DNA from: a virus
Lineage: Duplodnaviria > Caudoviricetes
Strand: one strand, 5' to 3'
DNA: 34,749 nt
Virus record (IMG/VR): IMGVR_UViG_3300030376_004140
Span: 1 to 34,749 of that record
In this document: piece by piece, positions 1 through 7,861 of the stretch
How positions within the stretch are numbered: position 1 is the first letter of the stretch
How the letters are laid out: every line of letters starts with the position of its first letter
Notes under the pieces: model-generated
Told to the model about the DNA's origin: nothing
Seen by the model: only the letters and a program-made list of their open reading frames with translations
Database searches by the model: none
Position numbers and translations under genes: made by a program

Positions 1-1
1 A

Positions 2-310
2 CATGAGAATGGGTTTGATTTGGGAAGAATTAACAGCAAGGTGCCTGTTGATACAATCAAGCAGAATGTTAAGAACTGGGCTAACCAGTGTGCATCTGTT
101 TGGATTTCTTGTTCTGATAAGCCAGATGCTAGGCAGATAGCCAAGACAAAGCTTATGAACATAGGCATGTCTCAGAAGTTTGAACAAACTGAGCCTACTG
201 AGGTTGAGAGCCAGTTTGAAGGACAGGTTTCTTTCGTCATGAATCGTGTTCCTTTGACCAGTGTTGAAGATAACACTGATTGGGCTGTTGAAATGCTGAT
301 GGGGAACTAA
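2..310 (+). CDS. Hypothetical protein, 5'-truncated by window edge
   Basis: Frame of ORF 20..310 stays open back to position 2; followed by a terminator; visibly more GC-rich than neighbours. Confidence 0.75.
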   Translation, partial: HENGFDLGRINSKVPVDTIKQNVKNWANQCASVWISCSDKPDARQIAKTKLMNIGMSQKFEQTEPTEVESQFEGQVSFVMNRVPLTSVEDNTDWAVEMLMGN

Positions 311-316
311 TCAATG

Positions 317-342
317 AGGGGTTGCTAACGTGACCCCTTTTT
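317..342 (+). terminator. Rho-independent terminator
   Basis: AGGGGTTGC-TAAC-GTGACCCCT stem-loop followed by a T run just after the stop at 310. Confidence 0.8.
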
Positions 343-393
343 AAATCCGTGCATAAAAACACTTGCACATAAAAACGTAATAAAGGAGTTACA

Positions 394-555
394 ATGCATA
401 TAGTTACAGAAACTAATGAATATATTACCACAGCATCATTGTCATATTGGTTGTTTGAGACGCCTAATGGCACTGTAAACGTGAGTAAAGTTAAATACCC
501 TAGTTATCTTAAAGCGATGGCTAGGTTTAGACAGAAAACTGCAAATAGTAGATAA
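394..555 (+). CDS. Small hypothetical protein (53 aa, MHIVTETNEY...)
   Basis: Translated by hand; AAGGAG SD upstream of ATG 394; below ORF-track cutoff. Confidence 0.7.
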   Translation: MHIVTETNEYITTASLSYWLFETPNGTVNVSKVKYPSYLKAMARFRQKTANSR

Positions 556-650
556 TAATCTGTTTATTTGATGAAGATGAAAACGATGAATTCATTCTTT
601 ATATCTGTCCTTTGAGGTTGTTCGGTTAAACCTCAAGATTTAAAAAATAA

Positions 651-721
651 GAGTAGGGGTTGTTTTAAATATTTAGTGGATTCATTGAAATTATTCAACG
701 CTAAATGTTCAGCCCCTACTT
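651..721 (+). ncRNA. Rod-like structured RNA element
   Basis: 12-bp outer stem 651-662/710-721, 11-bp inner stem 668-678/699-709, both with G-U pairs, apical TTGAA/TTCAA stem. Confidence 0.55.
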
Positions 722-741
722 AAACTTAATAAGGATAAAAT

Positions 742-912
742 ATGTGGCAAATTATTGTAGGAAAAACAAAGAGTGGTAAAAAAGAATATCAGGTATCTAA
801 TGGGGAGGCTTATGATGGTACTAATAATTTTAACGAAAGAACTTGTTCTTATGATTTTACCAATTTAGAGAAAGCAAAAGAATTATGTAACAAGTTAAAT
901 AAAAGGAAATAA
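742..912 (+). CDS. Small hypothetical protein (56 aa, MWQIIVGKTK...)
   Basis: AAGGA SD; stop abuts ATG 914. Confidence 0.75.
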   Translation: MWQIIVGKTKSGKKEYQVSNGEAYDGTNNFNERTCSYDFTNLEKAKELCNKLNKRK

Positions 913-913
913 A

Positions 914-1390
914 ATGGGATTAGATATGTATTTAAACAGACATCATTATTATGGTGGTTGTTATAAAGATGATAATCATGAGAATGATTACTACAAACAC
1001 ACATTGGAGATTGGTGGGCCTTTTGCTAAAAAGAATGGTATTACTAAAAATAATGTCAATGAAGTGATTGTTAAACAAGCTTACTGGAGAAAAGCAAATG
1101 CTATTCACGGTTGGTTTGTAAGAAATGTTCAAGATGGTAATGATGATTGTAAAGATTATTACGTAACAAGAGAAAAACTTGATGATTTAAGAGATTTATG
1201 TATTGAAGTATTAGAATATCTTGATGATGAAAACTATGATAAAGCAATTGAATTATTGCCTCCTAGTGAAGGGTTTTTCTTTGGTCAATATGATGTAAAA
1301 CACCCTTGGTATCGTGAGGAAATTAAAGAAACTATTGAGATGTTAAACGATATTCCAGAAGAAACGTACTGCTATTCAAGTAGTTGGTAG
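914..1390 (+). CDS. Conserved phage hypothetical protein (MGLDMYL / YWRKANAIHGWF / GFFFG family)
   Basis: Motifs recognised from a widespread uncharacterised phage family; AAGGA SD. Confidence 0.85.
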   Translation: MGLDMYLNRHHYYGGCYKDDNHENDYYKHTLEIGGPFAKKNGITKNNVNEVIVKQAYWRKANAIHGWFVRNVQDGNDDCKDYYVTREKLDDLRDLCIEVLEYLDDENYDKAIELLPPSEGFFFGQYDVKHPWYREEIKETIEMLNDIPEETYCYSSSW

Positions 1391-1419
1391 AGAATTATTA
1401 AAAATAAAAGGAAAATAAA

Positions 1420-1584
1420 ATGGAAATAACAAAAAAACAGTTTATAGAGTATGTAGATGTCCAAAATAGCGGAGATTTTAATATGTTTGACCCTAGAGCA
1501 AGAGAAGAGACATCATTATCTAAACCTCAATGGTTAAATATAATGAGTAATTATTCTCTGTATAGTTCAAAATGGAATATTTAG
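1420..1584 (+). CDS. Small hypothetical protein (54 aa; VQNSGDFNMF motif, DUF5049-like)
   Basis: Translated by hand; leader nearly identical to that of ATG 914; family call tentative. Confidence 0.7.
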   Translation: MEITKKQFIEYVDVQNSGDFNMFDPRAREETSLSKPQWLNIMSNYSLYSSKWNI

Positions 1585-1607
1585 TGATAACAGAAAAGGA
1601 TATTATT

Positions 1608-1793
1608 ATGGATAATATATTTAAAGCATTGCCACTAAATGATTATTTAAATGATTTAGAGGATGATTTAGTAAAGAAAAATGAAGTAGTTCACTCTATG
1701 ATGAAAGACTTTGATTTAAGTAGAGACCAAGCTGGAGAGTTATTAGAGATGTATTATATGTCTAATCAAGACTTAGAACCAACTTGGAAATAA
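1608..1793 (+). CDS. Hypothetical acidic protein
   Basis: ORF 1572..1793; ATG 1608 has AAGGA SD and avoids overlap with the upstream gene. Confidence 0.7.
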   Translation: MDNIFKALPLNDYLNDLEDDLVKKNEVVHSMMKDFDLSRDQAGELLEMYYMSNQDLEPTWK

Positions 1794-1795
1794 CA

Positions 1796-2311
1796 TATTG
1801 AGGAGCTGACCGAAGTATGAAGTTACACACAGGAGTTCTTTGCTATATCGTTCGGGTGAATCGGTAGTGTTATCTCCGCCGTTTAATAGATAGTAGGAGG
1901 CTCCTCAATAATATTTAAATGTTTTTTAACCTATCATATCTCCTGCGACTCAATGTACCGAAGTCTAGACTAAAAACACTAACAGCATCGGTGTGTTCTT
2001 TGAGCGTATACAGTTAAGATTAAATGATAGGCTAAAAAGTGTTTTTGGCAGTGATACACTTTCAAACAAAAACTGCTGTTTATGTAAGATACAGAGAACA
2101 CTAGTAGGTTCAATTTATAATGAGTGTACGCTCCTACGATAATGTGTTACTCAAACAAGGTCTGCTCTGTACCTTGACACCAAAACAGAGCAAAAATTAG
2201 CTAATGGGATGGGTTTCTGAGATTAAAACTCAGGGTCTGATGAAACTGCGGTTGAAGGACAAATCAAATAAGTTAAATGCGAAAAGCATAACTGCAAAAC
2301 TCATCCCTATA
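1796..2311 (+). ncRNA. Array of four structured RNA elements (1796-1910, 1923-2038, 2083-2179, 2206-2307)
   Basis: About 530 bp without a tracked ORF, tiled by ~100-nt units each closed by a long stem and containing internal helices. Confidence 0.55.
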
Positions 2312-2330
2312 AATTAAAAATGGAGGTTAA

Positions 2331-2867
2331 ATGATATTAGAATATTATGTAAAAAAAGAAATTAATAGTAAAAACATTAAAAATATTGAATTTCATAGTA
2401 TTAACAATAAAGAAGGCACGATAGACTTATCAAATATGTATGTAGTTATACATCATGACTTTATTTATTTATCACCAGAAGATTGCAATTCACTGCAAGA
2501 GGAAAACCATGAATGGTTTGTTACTCGCGCTCTTGAAACTGCAATAACAGACAAAAACAATGAAAATAAAACTATATCAATCTCAAATAAAGATAAAAAC
2601 AAAATAGTATCCGAATTAGTGCCAATATATGATAAAGTAAAGAATAAAACTCATATTGAAGAATACCACCATATTACATTGGATAATGGAACAGTGGTTG
2701 ATGGGTGGATTAGGAATGCTAGTGGATGGGAATTAGAAGAAGATGATGGAAAAGTCATATGTGCAGTATTTCCCACTAGTATCGAAGATAATTGTCGTGT
2801 TACTGATTCTTGTGATGCTCTTTGGGAGTTTGATATAAATAGAGAAAGGAATATTTATGGAAAATAA
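2331..2867 (+). CDS. Hypothetical protein
   Basis: 178-aa ORF with GGAGG SD. Confidence 0.8.
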   Translation: MILEYYVKKEINSKNIKNIEFHSINNKEGTIDLSNMYVVIHHDFIYLSPEDCNSLQEENHEWFVTRALETAITDKNNENKTISISNKDKNKIVSELVPIYDKVKNKTHIEEYHHITLDNGTVVDGWIRNASGWELEEDDGKVICAVFPTSIEDNCRVTDSCDALWEFDINRERNIYGK

Positions 2868-3075
2868 TATATTATCTAAAAAGTCTGGATTAATGTATGG
2901 CTATAAACCAAATAGGTTAAGCTTTTATTTGATTTTATTAGACGCAGGAAGATTGGAAATGCTTAGAAATACTCTTTATAAAGATATGGAAAGATATAGA
3001 TTAACTGAAGTAGAACTAAAAGGGATAGAATATGAAGAAGTTGAAGGCGGAGAGCTTGAATCGGGCAAAAAGTAA
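2857..3075 (+). CDS. Hypothetical protein
   Basis: 72-aa ORF with AAGGA SD, overlapping neighbours. Confidence 0.65.
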   Translation: MENNILSKKSGLMYGYKPNRLSFYLILLDAGRLEMLRNTLYKDMERYRLTEVELKGIEYEEVEGGELESGKK

Positions 3076-3274
3076 TCTAAAAGTACCGTGGTATGTTGCT
3101 GAAGATATGAATTATTATGGTGGAAGTACTAGAAAGACTACGTTTAAAGTTAAATACTGCACTAAATGTAGCCATGCGTGGGAATACCATAGATTCAAAA
3201 AAGATGAAATATACAAATACGAAGATTTTCCTTCGTATGGATGCCAAAAGGCTACTTGTATAGATTGCTTGTAG
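3032..3274 (+). CDS. Zinc-finger-like protein (CxxC...CxxC)
   Basis: CTKCSHAWE...FPSYG...CIDC; resembles 11407..11715. Confidence 0.75.
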   Translation: MKKLKAESLNRAKSNLKVPWYVAEDMNYYGGSTRKTTFKVKYCTKCSHAWEYHRFKKDEIYKYEDFPSYGCQKATCIDCL

Positions 3275-3277
3275 TAA

Positions 3278-3301
3278 ACTGGGCTGTTAAATCAGCCCAG
3301 T
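3278..3301. terminator. Hairpin between convergent genes, likely terminator
   Basis: ACTGGGCTG-TTAAAT-CAGCCCAGT perfect 9-bp stem; U tracts weak. Confidence 0.65.
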
Positions 3302-3307
3302 AAGCTA

Positions 3308-4009
3308 TTAATCATCTATAATAAATTGAGTTTTAGACTCAATAGATTTATTTGGCCAATCAACTTTATTATAAGTAATAGAATGTTGTATACTTTTATC
3401 TTTACAAATAAAACTAACTGGAACTGGAATAAAATGACTACCAATCATATTTTTTAAACTATCAAATAAAGTTGGCATAGTAGATACTTGTTTATCTATA
3501 TCTTTTAATGATTGTTTAGCAATAATAGCATTAATTGGATGGTTATTAAAAACCTTATAATAAGTACCTATTTGCCATAAATCTTCAATATCTTGCTGAT
3601 TATACCCTAAATAATGCTCAATTCTATCACGATTTTCTAATATAGTCATTGTTCTACCAACGATATTAGGAAAACTATAAGTGACTTTTACAACACTATA
3701 CATATGATATTCTAAACTATCCCATTGTGAAGTTTGAATAGGACGATTTTTATGTTGTTCTAAATCTTTTTCTAATCGTTCTATTTTTTCTTTTTGTAAA
3801 TCAATTAAATATTGATGGTTGGCCATATTGTCCTCATTATCGTTTTTGTTTAAAAAATCATTTATTTTATTTTTATTTTTCAAACGAATCTTTCCACCAT
3901 TTTGCCAATTATAAAGTGTATTCCTAGAAACACCTAATTCCTTACTAATTATACTATAAGGAATATCAGTTGTGTTTAAAAAATTTAATAATCTTTGTTT
4001 AGTATCCAT
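3308..4009 (-). CDS. XRE-type HTH repressor with coiled coil and PAS-like C-terminal domain
   Basis: ISKELGVSRNTLYNWQNG HTH; the only - strand gene in the early region, divergent from the replication operon; GAGG SD. Confidence 0.8.
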   Translation of the reverse strand: MDTKQRLLNFLNTTDIPYSIISKELGVSRNTLYNWQNGGKIRLKNKNKINDFLNKNDNEDNMANHQYLIDLQKEKIERLEKDLEQHKNRPIQTSQWDSLEYHMYSVVKVTYSFPNIVGRTMTILENRDRIEHYLGYNQQDIEDLWQIGTYYKVFNNHPINAIIAKQSLKDIDKQVSTMPTLFDSLKNMIGSHFIPVPVSFICKDKSIQHSITYNKVDWPNKSIESKTQFIIDD

Positions 4010-4034
4010 TGTTACGCCTCAATTGATATATCCA

Positions 4035-4123
4035 AAGATAACAAAACTTTACAGTATTTGTCAAGTATTGAATTATTATGTACAGTTTAATACTTGACAT
4101 ATATGTTAATTAATATGTAAACT
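4035..4123. promoter_or_regulatory. Divergent sigma70 promoters with operator-like palindromes (genetic switch)
   Basis: + strand TTGACA 4094-4099, 18 bp, TAAACT 4118-4123; - strand TTGACA 4064-4059, 18 bp, TGn-TATCTT 4040-4035; 11-bp inverted repeat 4059-4069/4089-4099. Confidence 0.75.
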
Positions 4124-4135
4124 AAGAGGTAACCA

Positions 4136-4462
4136 ATGAAACTAAAATATATACTAAGTCAAAAAATTAAGCAACAGATGTTATCTCATGCTTATAATAA
4201 TATGTCTAGTAATAATGATAAGTTAAGAGCAAGACTTAAATCAAAACATTACGCTCAAGAAGTAACAAAAATTAGACACATGTCTAAAAAACAACTTGTC
4301 AAGTTTATTGATAAGTACAATAACAAGCCAAGTATAATACTTGCTAAGAAAGTTTACGCCCACTCAAGTTCTTCTTATATGTATAGAATGTTAGATGATA
4401 ACATTAAAAATGATATGGAACTCTATAATTACGCCCAAAATAGAAAGACATGTTTAACATAA
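4136..4462 (+). CDS. Basic hypothetical protein (Cro-position gene)
   Basis: First gene after the rightward promoter; GAGG SD; Lys-rich. Confidence 0.75.
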   Translation: MKLKYILSQKIKQQMLSHAYNNMSSNNDKLRARLKSKHYAQEVTKIRHMSKKQLVKFIDKYNNKPSIILAKKVYAHSSSSYMYRMLDDNIKNDMELYNYAQNRKTCLT

Positions 4463-4477
4463 TAAAAAGAACAAAAT

Positions 4478-4547
4478 ATCTATCCCTCCTTTGTGTTTAT
4501 CCTCACTGTGACTCCCGTTATGTATTAATAAACCTGGAGGGATAGAT
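4478..4547 (+). promoter_or_regulatory. SD-sequestering leader hairpin
   Basis: Perfect 12-bp stem ATCTATCCCTCC/GGAGGGATAGAT containing the GGAGG of ATG 4549. Confidence 0.65.
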
Positions 4548-4548
4548 T

Positions 4549-4755
4549 ATGAATAAAGAAATAATAAACTTAATAACTCAGCGCTTAGAGTATGGTAAAA
4601 AAGAATATAGCGATGAGCTTGATATAAATGATGGAAGAGATTGGGAACAGGAAGCTCTAGAAGAAATTCTAGATACTATGGTTTATATCTCTGCAAAGTT
4701 ACTACAACTAAAAGAAAGGAAAATACATGAAAAAAGTAACTCAAACTCAAATTAA
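4549..4755 (+). CDS. Conserved phage protein, possible all-alpha NTP pyrophosphohydrolase (MazG-like)
   Basis: RLEYGKKEY...DGRDW...ALEEILD..VY with EExxD acidic motif. Confidence 0.55.
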   Translation: MNKEIINLITQRLEYGKKEYSDELDINDGRDWEQEALEEILDTMVYISAKLLQLKERKIHEKSNSNSN

Positions 4756-4927
4756 AAAACAATTCAACGAAAGAGGCATTCAAGTTGGTTCTGACGTAAT
4801 GGAAATGATTAATTATGAAATTATGCAGTTCGTAAATAGAATGGCTAAGCGTTGTGTTGATGGTAATATAAAAAGACTATCCTCAAAAGACTTTTGGATA
4901 GCCATGGGAAGATTAAATCATAGCTAA
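4727..4927 (+). CDS. Putative histone-fold protein
   Basis: 66 aa; short helix, long helix, KRLSSKDF pattern aligns by eye with prokaryotic histones; AAGGA SD; TAATG coupling to the next gene. Confidence 0.6.
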   Translation: MKKVTQTQIKKQFNERGIQVGSDVMEMINYEIMQFVNRMAKRCVDGNIKRLSSKDFWIAMGRLNHS

Positions 4928-5928
4928 TGGCTCATTTAATTGAAAACATGTTTTATGTCGGGGACACTCCTTGGCACGGATTAGGAACTCCATTAAAGGA
5001 ATCTCCTAATGATATAGAAAAGGCATTGAAATTAGCTGGTATGGATTGGAAGGTAAGTAAAGAACCTACTTTCTATAAAAATACTAGGTTTACCAATGTA
5101 GCTCCTGATATTGCAACAGGGCATTTTGTAACTATTCGTTCTGACAATGGTAAAGCAATAGGTAATGTAGGTTCTAAATATGAAGTCCTACAGAACATAG
5201 ATGCTTTTAAACCATTTGATGTTATTAAAGACTACGGATACAACCTAGAAACTGCTGGAGTAATTGATGGTGGTAAGCGTGTGTGGATACTTGCTAAAAC
5301 ACCTGACCACTACCTTGTTGGCGATGATAAAATAGAGGATTATGTTTTATTATATACTAGTCATGATGGTAGTTCTGGTAGTTGTTTTCGTGATGTATTT
5401 ATTCGTGTGGTGTGTCAAAACACATTAAGTGCCTCTTTAGAAGGTAGAAAGACGTTTGAATACAAACTAAGACATACTAAAAGCATCAATGATAGAGTTA
5501 ATGAATTAACTGATAAGCTAAAAGATAGAAAAGGCAATATAGCTCAAGCTGTTGATTCAATGAATTCATTTCTTGATGTACCTATGGATGAAAAATCTTT
5601 AGATATTTACTTAGAAGCAGTAATGCCTTATTTAGTAAATAGACATAGAGAATCAAATAAAGAAATGGGTATTCTTCGTAGAAATAAATCATTACCAGTT
5701 TATAATGCCATTAAGGGAGCATTTTATCATGGTAAAGGAAATAAAGGAGAAACATTGTGGGATGCTTATAACGCAGTTACTGAGTATCATGACCATATAG
5801 CTTCTCATAAAGACTGGGTAAAGAATACTCAGTTTGGAGCGTCTGCTAGGTATAAGAAAGAAGCTTTCTTTGTAGCTAGTAAGATTGCAAATAAACATAA
5901 GAAAACAATGATTGGAGGAACTGCTTAA
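4927..5928 (+). CDS. DUF932 / TIGR03299-type phage-plasmid protein
   Basis: TPWHGLG, YEVLQN, ETAG..GGKRVW, SHDGS, RVVCQNTL, RHT, TLWDAYNAVTEY motifs. Confidence 0.9.
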   Translation: MAHLIENMFYVGDTPWHGLGTPLKESPNDIEKALKLAGMDWKVSKEPTFYKNTRFTNVAPDIATGHFVTIRSDNGKAIGNVGSKYEVLQNIDAFKPFDVIKDYGYNLETAGVIDGGKRVWILAKTPDHYLVGDDKIEDYVLLYTSHDGSSGSCFRDVFIRVVCQNTLSASLEGRKTFEYKLRHTKSINDRVNELTDKLKDRKGNIAQAVDSMNSFLDVPMDEKSLDIYLEAVMPYLVNRHRESNKEMGILRRNKSLPVYNAIKGAFYHGKGNKGETLWDAYNAVTEYHDHIASHKDWVKNTQFGASARYKKEAFFVASKIANKHKKTMIGGTA

Positions 5929-6758
5929 TGGAGGAAATTCAAGCAATTCATCCTTATCAGTTGAGTAGTGAAAATTATGAAGCTGAAAAGGAAACATTAA
6001 AAACAGGGTATTCTGCTGATTACTTATCTTGGTCTGTTTGTTGGGATAAATTAAAACAGCTCTACCCTACTGCCACTCATGAGCAGGTAATCTATGAATA
6101 CGATGGGAAACCATTGTTTGGGATTATGATGCCAGATGGTACTATGCAAGTACATTGCAAAATAGTATATGAGACCGCAGATGGTAACTCATATACTCAT
6201 AATGAGTACTTAGCTGTTAGGGATAAGCGTAATCAAGCATTAAGCAACCCTAACTCTGCTCAGATAGAAAATACATATCGTAGAGCATTAGCTAAAGGAG
6301 TATCTACCTTGACTGGTTATGGTATTAGTTTGTGGATGAATGAAGATTTACGTGAACTAATGACTGAAACTAGAATGAATGGTGATATTCCTAAAGAAGG
6401 TGAAATAACAGTAGACCAAAATGTCAAACTAGATAAGCTAATGAGAGATAGGTATACTGAAAAATCAGATAAACAGAGAATAAAAGAAGCGAAAGATAAT
6501 GGTTGGAAGGTTAATGGTATTGTTATGACAGAAATTGTTGCACAACACTTAATAGAAGATGTGGAAATTGGTCGTAAAAACAATATGAAAGCACCTAAGA
6601 AAACTATAACTGAGCTTAAAGTTGTTATCACTAATGATGAAAATCTTGATAGTAAGCAAAAAGAAAAAGTGCTTACTTGGTTAGAAGAAGATAGAACTAA
6701 TGGTGAAATCTTAGCTTTAATGCAAAAACTAAAAATAGAATATGAAGGAGACAAATAA
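5928..6758 (+). CDS. ssDNA annealing protein, Sak3/DUF1071-like
   Basis: YLSWSVCWDKLKQLYP...RALAK...G.GI.LW..ED motifs; replication-module context. Confidence 0.75.
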   Translation: MEEIQAIHPYQLSSENYEAEKETLKTGYSADYLSWSVCWDKLKQLYPTATHEQVIYEYDGKPLFGIMMPDGTMQVHCKIVYETADGNSYTHNEYLAVRDKRNQALSNPNSAQIENTYRRALAKGVSTLTGYGISLWMNEDLRELMTETRMNGDIPKEGEITVDQNVKLDKLMRDRYTEKSDKQRIKEAKDNGWKVNGIVMTEIVAQHLIEDVEIGRKNNMKAPKKTITELKVVITNDENLDSKQKEKVLTWLEEDRTNGEILALMQKLKIEYEGDK

Positions 6759-6759
6759 T

Positions 6760-7389
6760 ATGAAAGACTTTTCATTAAATGTTGAACCTAGAAAGAAAAG
6801 CAATGGTAGTGGTTTTCCTAAAGGTGTTTATATAGATAAGATAAAAATAACGAATATGATGAATAAAAAATCTGAATGGAATGATATTAATCTATATATT
6901 GAAGGTGAAGACGTTTCTGGTAAAAGCTTATATCCAAAGAAATTCTTCCTTGGCGGTAAACACGCTAAAGATGGAGATAAATTTGTTGGATGGGGTGATA
7001 CTAAAAATGGAGTTTCTGGTGGTAGTTGGAAGGTAAGAGACTTTCTTCTAGCTGTTGGTATAGAAAAAGACAAACATACTAATATGGTTTTAGAAGATGG
7101 TTCGCTATCTGAAGAGGTCATTGGAGATTGTCTTGGTAGAACAGTATATATCCTTCAGTACGAATCTAATGGTAAATACTCAAGAGAAACTTGGTTCTAT
7201 TTTGAATCAGGAGAATCAACTGATAGTGTTAAAAATCTATTAGATAAGTGGAATGGATTTGACGATAAGCCAAATAAATATCTCCATAGCAATAAAACTG
7301 AAGTTCAAAATAAGAAGTTAAATGCTATGTGGGATAATCTTCCAGATAATAACAAAACCAATAAAGAACTAGACGGATTAGGCATATAA
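6760..7389 (+). CDS. Probable ssDNA-binding protein
   Basis: PKGVY..KI start, beta-rich body, position after the annealing protein; AAGGAG SD favours ATG 6760. Confidence 0.5.
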   Translation: MKDFSLNVEPRKKSNGSGFPKGVYIDKIKITNMMNKKSEWNDINLYIEGEDVSGKSLYPKKFFLGGKHAKDGDKFVGWGDTKNGVSGGSWKVRDFLLAVGIEKDKHTNMVLEDGSLSEEVIGDCLGRTVYILQYESNGKYSRETWFYFESGESTDSVKNLLDKWNGFDDKPNKYLHSNKTEVQNKKLNAMWDNLPDNNKTNKELDGLGI

Positions 7390-7392
7390 ATA

Positions 7393-7728
7393 ATGTCTTT
7401 CGATTTTAGTAAAATTGTTGGTATGAGCAATGGTTCCAAGGGGCGAGGCAATTCTGTCTTGCTCCTTGACTTTCTTAAATCTAAGAGAGGTTCAACTATT
7501 GCCAATCATATGATTCAAACAGATGCTGTTATGTATTTACATAAAATGTATAACAAAAGAGTTTCTCCTGATACGATGAGTAGACTATGGAGAAAGCTAC
7601 GTGAGGATTATAATGATGATAGATATAACTCTTCTCTTCATTTACATGGTATTAGTGTATCTGAAGTAAGAAGAAATGGCTCAATTCAAAAACACTATCA
7701 AATAGGATTTTCAGATGGAAGAAATTAA
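7393..7728 (+). CDS. Hypothetical, possible winged-HTH DNA-binding protein
   Basis: 111-aa ORF; SPDTMSRLWRKLRE helix followed by a likely beta hairpin. Confidence 0.6.
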   Translation: MSFDFSKIVGMSNGSKGRGNSVLLLDFLKSKRGSTIANHMIQTDAVMYLHKMYNKRVSPDTMSRLWRKLREDYNDDRYNSSLHLHGISVSEVRRNGSIQKHYQIGFSDGRN

Positions 7729-7861
7729 AGAAATAAAGACAGGCATAAATAAAGCATTATCCAGTCTAAATAATGCAAGAATGGCTATTGAAGAGTATCA
7801 AAAGTTAGTAGAAAAACTTGATGAGCTAAATCAATTAATGTCTAGTCAAAGGCTTAAATGA
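7715..7861 (+). CDS. Small coiled-coil protein (48 aa)
   Basis: Translated by hand (MEEIKEIKTG...); ATGA overlap with the primase start. Confidence 0.65.
   Translation: MEEIKEIKTGINKALSSLNNARMAIEEYQKLVEKLDELNQLMSSQRLK

Noticed and set aside
2237-2290. Hammerhead ribozyme (CTGATGA core)
   Set aside because: Stem II is followed by GAAG rather than GAAA, and no stem III/UH site forms; a k-turn fits better
1796-2311. CRISPR array or tRNA cluster
   Set aside because: No identical repeats with regular spacers, no cas genes, no D/T-loop consensus
5692-7505. - strand ORFs in the replication module (also 237..473, 932..1132, 9747..9953, 10680..10874)
   Set aside because: Overlap better-supported + strand genes or structured elements
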